From: a bacterium | GTDB lineage: Bacteria; Patescibacteriota; Minisyncoccia; Moranbacterales; UBA2206 | Reading direction: 5' to 3' | DNA: 64,000 bases | Assembly: GCA_021788105.1 (NCBI GenBank) | Contig: JAJYKZ010000001.1 | Coordinates: 19,333-83,332 of the forward strand | Shown here: in pieces, positions 57,635 to 64,000 of the stretch | How the letters are laid out: each line of letters begins with the position of its first letter | Position numbering within the stretch: the stretch's first letter is position 1 | Made by a program: the position numbers and the translations under genes | Notes under the pieces: generated by a model | What the model was told of the DNA's origin: nothing | The model's database searches: none | The model's input: the letters and a program-made list of their open reading frames with translations, nothing else

Positions 57635-58180
57635 ATGAAAATTCCCGGCCAACTCCCTCAATTCGAAAACTATCCGACTCTTTTCATTACCAGCGGAGAA
57701 TATGAAGCTGACTTTTTTTTGGCACTTAATGGCGTTCTGGAACTGAAAGAACAAATCAAGATGCCGTCCCGCGAAGAAGCCAAAGAAAAACAAAGCTTTG
57801 TTAACGAATCTCGCGGCTATGAATTAGGAGCCACATCCCATCTGGAACGCTACCACGAGGATCTTAAGAAAAAATTTCAAAAAAAATTTCACGCGCTAAC
57901 CCATGATTTTTTGGCAGACTATCTCAATATGCAAGAAATTTATATCTTCGCGCCGGCTTTTGTGGTTGCCAACTTGGAAAAAGGATTGTCAAAACCGGAA
58001 CTAAAAAAGATTCGCATGAAATTTTTCAAAGAAGAAATCAAGGAAAATCCTTTGGAGATGATCAGGCGATTCTGGAAAACGGAACAAAAAGCGATCAACC
58101 CCGATCCGCCCATAAAAGACGTAGAGAAAAAAATTTTGCAAAAACCGCGTCAAGGCAAAAATCTGCACAAAATTCCATAA
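57635..58180 (+). CDS. Hypothetical protein, possibly host-attachment/baeRF (eRF1-domain-like) family
   Basis: N-terminal beta strands, long helix, IYIFAPAFVVANL resembling the L.L.APP..LG.L motif. Confidence 0.45.
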   Translation: MKIPGQLPQFENYPTLFITSGEYEADFFLALNGVLELKEQIKMPSREEAKEKQSFVNESRGYELGATSHLERYHEDLKKKFQKKFHALTHDFLADYLNMQEIYIFAPAFVVANLEKGLSKPELKKIRMKFFKEEIKENPLEMIRRFWKTEQKAINPDPPIKDVEKKILQKPRQGKNLHKIP

Positions 58181-58211
58181 AAAAATCCTCCCAATAAAAG
58201 GAGGATTTTTT
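58181..58211. terminator. Bidirectional terminator downstream of rplL
   Basis: AAAAATCCTCC...GGAGGATTTTTT between convergent genes. Confidence 0.7.
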
Positions 58212-58232
58212 AAAAAGTCTTTTTTAAATTGA

Positions 58233-58637
58233 CTACTTTAAGTTCACAGTCGCGCCAGCCTCTTCCAATTTCTTCTTCATCGCATCAGCGTCAGCTTTGG
58301 CAACTTTTTCCTTAATGACTTTCGGAGCTGCGTCCACTAAGTCTTTGGCGTCCTTCAGTCCCAATCCAGTCACTTCACGAACAACTTTAATAACGTTGAT
58401 CTTGGAAGCGCCGGCACTGGCAACTTCTACGTCAAATTCAGTCTTTTCTTCAGCAACAGCTTCACCGGCAGCCGGAGCGGCTCCCGCCATCATCATCGGA
58501 GCGGCGGCGCTTACGCCGAATTTTTCTTCAAGAACTTTTACGAGTTCGGAAAGCTCCAGAACGCTCATAGTTTCAATTTCAGAAACCAGCTTTTGGAATT
58601 TTTCCGGAACTACGACCTCTTTTTTTTCTTCTGTCAT
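58233..58637 (-). CDS. rplL: 50S ribosomal protein L7/L12
   Basis: [29 protein letters not shown]. Confidence 0.98.
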   Translation of the reverse strand: MTEEKKEVVVPEKFQKLVSEIETMSVLELSELVKVLEEKFGVSAAAPMMMAGAAPAAGEAVAEEKTEFDVEVASAGASKINVIKVVREVTGLGLKDAKDLVDAAPKVIKEKVAKADADAMKKKLEEAGATVNLK

Positions 58638-58682
58638 ATTGTTTAATTTAATTACTTATTAAAAATTACTGATTAACTTGAT

Positions 58683-59198
58683 TTATTTCGCATCGGCGAC
58701 CGCCTTCAGAACATTCACCAAACTGCGCAAATTACCGGCCAAAACATTGACAAAACCGGAAACAGGAGCATTGATCGTGCCGACAAATTTGGCCAGCAAT
58801 TCCTCTTTGGATGGAAGTTTGGCCAATGCGTTCACTTCCGCCGCGGACAATTCTTTGATTCCCAAAATTCCTCCGACAATCTTCAGATTCTCATTAGCCT
58901 TGGCCGCTTTGGCGATAATCTTAGCCGCCGCCACTTCGTCCTGACTGGAAACCGCTATAGCGATCTGCCCTTCCATTTTTTTCACGTCCGCTTCGATGCC
59001 GGCGTCTTTGAGCGCCAGATTAATGAGAGTCTTTTTCAGCACTTTCAATTCCACTCCGGCCTCCCTCAATTCTTTTCTCAAGGCGGTTAAGTCCTTGACC
59101 TGAAGACCTTTGTAGTCGGAAAAAACTATCGCTTTGGAACCTTTCAATTTTTGCGCCAATTCCCTGATCAGTTCTTCTTTTTGTTGTTTAGTTTGCAT
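58683..59198 (-). CDS. rplJ: 50S ribosomal protein L10
   Basis: DYKGL, KVLKKTL, LAKLPSKEEL; upstream of rplL. Confidence 0.97.
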   Translation of the reverse strand: MQTKQQKEELIRELAQKLKGSKAIVFSDYKGLQVKDLTALRKELREAGVELKVLKKTLINLALKDAGIEADVKKMEGQIAIAVSSQDEVAAAKIIAKAAKANENLKIVGGILGIKELSAAEVNALAKLPSKEELLAKFVGTINAPVSGFVNVLAGNLRSLVNVLKAVADAK

Positions 59199-59220
59199 AA
59201 TGATAGTTTACGTAAATTAA

Positions 59221-59338
59221 AAATCTGCTTCCCGCAGATCTAAATTAAAAACATTGCTGTCTTTATTTTCCTCGACGAGACTTACTTGTCGCGTGATTCT
59301 GAAAGAATTTTACGCGATTTTATGCTCGCTGTCTGCGG
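59221..59338 (-). ncRNA. L10-leader-like autoregulatory element
   Basis: Minus strand CCGCAGACAGCGAG...CTCGTCGAGG upstream of rplJ matches the L10 leader pattern, followed by a hairpin at 59221-59240. Confidence 0.6.
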
Positions 59339-59384
59339 ATATTTGATTATTCTTATTTTATATTCAAAAACCAAATTTTGTCAA

Positions 59385-59741
59385 CTATTCAACCTTAGGC
59401 GCTTCCGGCTTAGCATCTTCGACAGCCTTTACTTCTGCCGGAGCGGCAGCTTCCGCCGGAACTTCTTCGACTTTCTTGGCCGGCAACTTCACTTTTCTTT
59501 TTTCTCCGGAAATAATACCTTTCGAAACCAACAAATTGTAAACGGTGTCGGATGGATTAACGCCCTTCGAAATCCAATATTTGATACGTTCTTCTTTCAA
59601 AACAGCTTGCTTGCTGTGAGGATCGTAACTGCCTAAAATTTCAACATGCCGTCCGCCCGGAGCGACTGTGTGCTCCTGAAGCGTAAGTTTGAACTGAGCT
59701 CTGTTCTTTTTTCCCACTCTTGAAAATCTTATAGTCAACAT
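59385..59741 (-). CDS. rpsP: 30S ribosomal protein S16
   Basis: MLTIRFSRVGKKN, EILGSYDP, WISKG..PSDTV. Confidence 0.96.
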   Translation of the reverse strand: MLTIRFSRVGKKNRAQFKLTLQEHTVAPGGRHVEILGSYDPHSKQAVLKEERIKYWISKGVNPSDTVYNLLVSKGIISGEKRKVKLPAKKVEEVPAEAAAPAEVKAVEDAKPEAPKVE

Positions 59742-59804
59742 AATCTATAATATGGAATTGCTTGATTATTCCTTAATTTAAAGCTTATTTTTTGTTACTA
59801 GTTT

Positions 59805-59866
59805 AGTTTATACGATATTCCTGAAACTGTCAACAAGCACGGGCATCAGCCCAAAAGTTATCCACA
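59805..59866 (-). promoter_or_regulatory. rpsP promoter with an upstream DnaA box
   Basis: TTGACA (59833-59828), 17 nt, TAAACT (59810-59805); TTATCCACA at 59858-59866. Confidence 0.6.
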
Positions 59867-60041
59867 GGACGAGTTTTTTTCCAGTTTTGCCTATCACCCT
59901 TTCGGATGTAAAATAAAGTAAACAACATTTCCCTGATGAGATGAAGAAAACAAATAAAAAAATAAAAGCTAGCAATAGTAAAAGGATAACAGCTCTTTCG
60001 GGCTGTTTTTTGTTCTTTAAGTTAAAGAAAGGAGGCTCCGA

Positions 60042-60230
60042 ATGTCAGAAAGAGACAAAGCTATTACATTCGCTCAATCATTAGAAGAAAGATGTAAAAA
60101 ATTAGGAGGCGGAGTTCTTTGCGTTTATGTTGCCTGGGCTATGGGATTCATTTCCGCCAAAGATTGCAACGACTACATAAAAGCGCAAAGAATAATCCGT
60201 GGAGCCTTGCCCCTTGACCCCGCTAATTAA
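60042..60230 (+). CDS. Small hypothetical protein (62 aa)
   Basis: Strong SD AAAGGAGG before the ATG. Confidence 0.55.
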   Translation: MSERDKAITFAQSLEERCKKLGGGVLCVYVAWAMGFISAKDCNDYIKAQRIIRGALPLDPAN

Positions 60231-60332
60231 ATTCGACTCGAATTTAAAAAAATTTTTCTCAATATCAATTGAAGAAAAATTAGCGGGGCTTCTTTTTATA
60301 AAAAACCCGGACCTTGCGTCCGGATTTTGTTT

Positions 60333-61694
60333 TTATATTTTTTTAATCTTCACATCTTCATCAAATATTCCCGCCTTAGAAAATCTTTTGACAACACTTT
60401 TGAATGCGTATCTTTTTTTAGTAGAACCTACAACCTTAACCAATGTTAAAAAATTTTCTTTATAATGATCTTTTATCTTTTTCTCAGACATCCCAGAACC
60501 AGCACTTGCCTCCCCGGAAATATTATCAAGATATTCTTCAGTAAAAGATCCCAATAATCTAGTAACGGCAGAAAGCTTTTTCTTTCCATCATAAATGAAA
60601 TGATCGGAAAACCCCGTCTCATTGCTATTATTGGTCAGGACTATCTGGATTTCAAATTTGCGTTTTATCTTCATACCGTTAACATCTCCGCCTACCGGAA
60701 CAATAAGTCCTCCGTTTATTTTGAAACTTCTATAATCAGGATTAGAATGCGGATTGATATCATTTTTTATCAAAGGTTGTATCGATCTTTCCTCCATTTT
60801 TTTTCTAACCTCATCGACGCCCCCTGCATCAAGCAAGCTAGTATTTTCAAAAATCAAATCCTCTGCCCCGAATCTTCTCTCAAAAAATTCTGCTAAAAAC
60901 GGTATCAATTTTTTTATATCTTCGGCAGTTTTAACTTCAAATTTAAAACCAATGCCGTCTTTTTGCGCTTCTCGCGATGTCTCTTCCGGTTTATTGATAA
61001 ACTTGGTCACAAAACTGTCTTCGTTTTTTCCTCGAAAATAGGAATCTACATCAATAGCATTGTTTGTTCTGTGATCAAATACCATTGTCTGGTCATAACC
61101 GCCTCTTATGCTTCTTTTTCTGTGAAAATTTTGAATCCCCTCATAAGGTTTAAACATTTCTTCGTACAAATATGCGCTTTCTTTAATTAGTCCTTCCATT
61201 TCTTTTTTCCTAAATTCAAAAGAAGCGGCGATTACCTTAACCAAAGCGCAATAGGCCGGAGACAAACCAGTACTTTCACCTGCTTTGTGGGCGGCGGTTT
61301 TTTTAAATATTTTCAAAACATCAGCGACATCCTTAATTTTGTCTAAATTTTTTACTTCGTTTGGCAATGTCAAAAGCAAATAATTTTGAAGATATCCCTT
61401 TGAATATTCCAAAGACTGGTTCAATAATTCAATTTTGCTTTCCAAACTTTCCACATCCAAATAGTTTTCTATGGCTTCTATTATCTCGCCATCATTCAAG
61501 TGCGGACAAGTTGAGAAAAAATCAATAGGGGTAATGTTTTCTCCATTGATGTTAATGCCGCCCTTTTTCATCGCATCCATACACTGCTTCCTATCCGGCG
61601 CTTTCCGATAAAGATCAAGTATCGGATACCATTTTTGAAACGGTTGTTTTTCTACCTCTTTTCGCTGACTCAGATTTGGAAATTCTTTGTTCAT
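60333..61694 (-). CDS. Divergent RelA/SpoT-like nucleotidyltransferase/pyrophosphokinase domain protein
   Basis: RGKNEDSFVTK, DGIGFKF, SNPDYRS, FEIQI, HFIY in the RSH synthetase motif order. Confidence 0.55.
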   Translation of the reverse strand: MNKEFPNLSQRKEVEKQPFQKWYPILDLYRKAPDRKQCMDAMKKGGININGENITPIDFFSTCPHLNDGEIIEAIENYLDVESLESKIELLNQSLEYSKGYLQNYLLLTLPNEVKNLDKIKDVADVLKIFKKTAAHKAGESTGLSPAYCALVKVIAASFEFRKKEMEGLIKESAYLYEEMFKPYEGIQNFHRKRSIRGGYDQTMVFDHRTNNAIDVDSYFRGKNEDSFVTKFINKPEETSREAQKDGIGFKFEVKTAEDIKKLIPFLAEFFERRFGAEDLIFENTSLLDAGGVDEVRKKMEERSIQPLIKNDINPHSNPDYRSFKINGGLIVPVGGDVNGMKIKRKFEIQIVLTNNSNETGFSDHFIYDGKKKLSAVTRLLGSFTEEYLDNISGEASAGSGMSEKKIKDHYKENFLTLVKVVGSTKKRYAFKSVVKRFSKAGIFDEDVKIKKI

Positions 61695-61702
61695 ATTTTT
61701 TA

Positions 61703-64000
61703 TTATTTCAAAATTTTTCCCCCTTGTCCCACTTGATCCAATCGCACGGAAAGAAGTTTCGAAATGCCGTCTTCGCCCATCGTTACGCCGTACAAGAGCG
61801 ACGCCTGGCGCATCGTTTCGCGGTTGTGAGTGATGATGACAAATTGCGTGTTGTTGGAAAGTTCCTGAATGATTCTTCCGAATCTTCGAGAATTAGCTTC
61901 GTCCAAAGCCGCCTCTACTTCATCCAGCACGGCAAACGGCGGCGGATTGTGCGAGATGATCGCGAAAAGCAATGCCAGCGAAGTAAGCGACCGTTCGCCG
62001 CCTGAAAGCATTGAGAGATTGTTGATTTTCTTGCCCGGAGGCGAAGCAAAAATGTCAATGCCGGTTTCAGTTTTTTCTTTTTCATTTTCATCCGGCAATT
62101 CATCAGCCGCTTCTTCAACCACATTTTCTTCTGCCTCTTCTTTGATTCTTCCTCCTCTTTTCCTCACTTCCACTTTTTTCAAGCTGGCGTTTCCCCCGCC
62201 GAAAATAATTCGGAAATATTTGGTAAATTCTTTGTTGATTTCTTCAAACGTGCTGACAAAAACTTCACCAATTTTATAATCCATCTCTTTAATTATTTCT
62301 TTGAGAGAAACAATCGCATTCTCCAGATCTTCGGATTCTTTGGTCAAAAATTCGTAACGTTTGTTGGTTTCTTCATATTCTTCCACGACCAGCGGGTCGA
62401 TTCCGCCGATTTGTTCCATTTGAATTTTCAATCTGGCAATCTCGCGCTCTAGAACATCCCTGTTAATTTCTTCCGCTTCCCCTTTCAGATCTTCGACTTG
62501 GATTTTTAGTTCCCTCAGCACTTCCGAACGCAAATCTTCTTCGCGCACTTCGATTCTGGCCAAAGAAATTTTCGCTTCGTTATATTGATCTTTTAATTTT
62601 CCAAGTTCATCCTGCTTTAGGCGCGATTCGCGTTCCACTTCGAAAAATTTTTGGCGCCTGGCCCTGTCCGCTCTTATTTCTTCCGCGATCTGATCGGCAA
62701 TCGCCTTGGCTTTCTCCTGCAGACCGCGAACCTCTTTCCGAATATTTTCTGTTTTTTCCTTCAACTCATTCACGACAGTCATGTCCATCTCCACTTTTTT
62801 CGGCGGTTCCGCTTCTGTTTTCTCTTCTTTTTTTCCTTTTTCAATATCCACCTTAAGATCATGAAGCCGCTGCTGAATGACTCGGGCAAATTCCTTAATT
62901 TCTTGGAGGTCTTCCAGTTTTTCGACTTTATTTATTCTTTCAATAAGAATTTCCTGATCCTTTCGAATATCTTCAATGCCCTGGCGGACATAATGCAAAT
63001 CCACTGGTATGCTTTTTACTTTAATCTCTTCAATAATCGCAATATTTTTTTGTTTTTCTTTTTCAATTTCAATGCGCCCTTCCGTAACAATCAAATCGCG
63101 ATCCAACGCGTTTAACTTATTCCTGATCTCAGTCTGTTCTTTTTCAAGGCCGGACAATTTTTCATTTCCCCGTTCCTCCTTAGCTTCTTTGCTGATCTCA
63201 TCTCCCAGTCTGTCCGCCTCCCGCTGCACGTTCATCATCTTGCGTCCGATTTCATCTTTGTTCTCATTGAGCCGAGTTTTCTCGCTTTGAAAATTTTTCC
63301 ACAAAAAGGTAAAGAGCTTGGTTTGTTTCTCCTTGAGTTCTTTCGCCACTCCTTCGCTCTGCATCGCTTTTTCCGCCTGACGCTTGAGCATCTTGAGATG
63401 CGGCTTGATTTCTTCCGCCAAACTGCGCGCTTTATCCAAATTTTCCCGGGTAGAATCCAACTTTCTGATGGAGCGTTCTTTTTTGATCTGATATTGTTTG
63501 ACTCCGGCCGCTTCCTCCACTATCGTCCGGCGTTCCAACGGCGTCGCATTGAGGACTGCGTCCGCCATGCCCTGATTAATGATAGAATAACTTTCCTTGC
63601 CAATGCCAGCCTTGGCTAAAAGATCGATCACATCTTGCAAACGGACGCGCGATCCATTGATCAAATATTCCCCTTCTCCGCTTCGGAAAATTCTTCGAGC
63701 AATGGAAACTTCCTCGAACTCCAACGGAATTTTTTTGTCGGAATTATCGAAAATCAAAGAAACCTGAGCGCTGCCCAGCCGAGATTTTTTTCCTGAACCG
63801 GCAAAAATAATATCTTCCGACTTTTTTCCGCGCAGATTTTTCATGGACTGCTCGCCCATCACCCAGCGCATCGAGTCGGCAATGTTTGATTTCCCAGAAC
63901 CGTTCGGGCCGACGATGGCCGTCACGCCTTTTACGCCGTTTTCGGCGCGCGAAAAATCCAACATTGTTTTGTTGGCAAAAGATTTGAATCCTGAAATTTC
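61703..64000 (-). CDS. smc: Compact SMC family ATPase (start lies just beyond the window)
   Basis: GFKSFA, IVGPNGSGKSN, LSGGE, LDEVEAALD, FVIITH. Confidence 0.93.
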   Translation of the reverse strand, partial: EISGFKSFANKTMLDFSRAENGVKGVTAIVGPNGSGKSNIADSMRWVMGEQSMKNLRGKKSEDIIFAGSGKKSRLGSAQVSLIFDNSDKKIPLEFEEVSIARRIFRSGEGEYLINGSRVRLQDVIDLLAKAGIGKESYSIINQGMADAVLNATPLERRTIVEEAAGVKQYQIKKERSIRKLDSTRENLDKARSLAEEIKPHLKMLKRQAEKAMQSEGVAKELKEKQTKLFTFLWKNFQSEKTRLNENKDEIGRKMMNVQREADRLGDEISKEAKEERGNEKLSGLEKEQTEIRNKLNALDRDLIVTEGRIEIEKEKQKNIAIIEEIKVKSIPVDLHYVRQGIEDIRKDQEILIERINKVEKLEDLQEIKEFARVIQQRLHDLKVDIEKGKKEEKTEAEPPKKVEMDMTVVNELKEKTENIRKEVRGLQEKAKAIADQIAEEIRADRARRQKFFEVERESRLKQDELGKLKDQYNEAKISLARIEVREEDLRSEVLRELKIQVEDLKGEAEEINRDVLEREIARLKIQMEQIGGIDPLVVEEYEETNKRYEFLTKESEDLENAIVSLKEIIKEMDYKIGEVFVSTFEEINKEFTKYFRIIFGGGNASLKKVEVRKRGGRIKEEAEENVVEEAADELPDENEKEKTETGIDIFASPPGKKINNLSMLSGGERSLTSLALLFAIISHNPPPFAVLDEVEAALDEANSRRFGRIIQELSNNTQFVIITHNRETMRQASLLYGVTMGEDGISKLLSVRLDQVGQGGKILK

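Noticed and set aside
57242-57793. 183-aa antisense ORF across the dnaX end and tRNA-Gln, and the many other antisense ORFs in the track
   Set aside because: Shadow frames of well-supported genes, with no independent motifs.

Overview
Chromosomal segment that looks like a Patescibacteria (CPR/Parcubacteria-type) bacterium. This is inferred from the short AlaRS without C-Ala, MurF without its N-terminal domain, compact SMC, mostly Shine-Dalgarno-less genes and CPR-typical gene pairs. Most of the window is housekeeping: recR end, rplU, the infA-rpmJ-rpsM-rpsK-rpsD-rpoA-rplQ-rplM-rpsI operon, alaS, mnmA, mltG, trxA/trxB, uppS/ispG, mraZ-rsmH-ftsL-ftsI-murF, dnaX, rplJ/rplL, rpsP, smc and two tRNAs. 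The standout is a ~14 kb AT-rich, co-oriented gene array (26158-40078) lying exactly between trxA and trxB. It encodes two stand-alone PEP-synthase/PPDK-type ATP-grasp proteins and seven proteins ending in a PEP-utiliser phospho-histidine swivel domain. Six of the seven have highly divergent ~350-420 aa N-termini; two of those are frameshifted at an identical 12-mer, and the seventh is an internally deleted remnant. The array also holds an HD hydrolase, a histidine phosphatase and three late riboflavin genes. No pyruvate-binding domain is present, so it reads as a split, multi-substrate phosphotransferase system of the Rph/phenylphosphate-synthase type. Other points of interest: a divergent RelA/SpoT-like synthetase, an in-frame palindrome in rsmH, a frameshifted pyrD-like gene and scattered perfect DnaA boxes. 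All calls come from motif recognition by eye; no searches were run.
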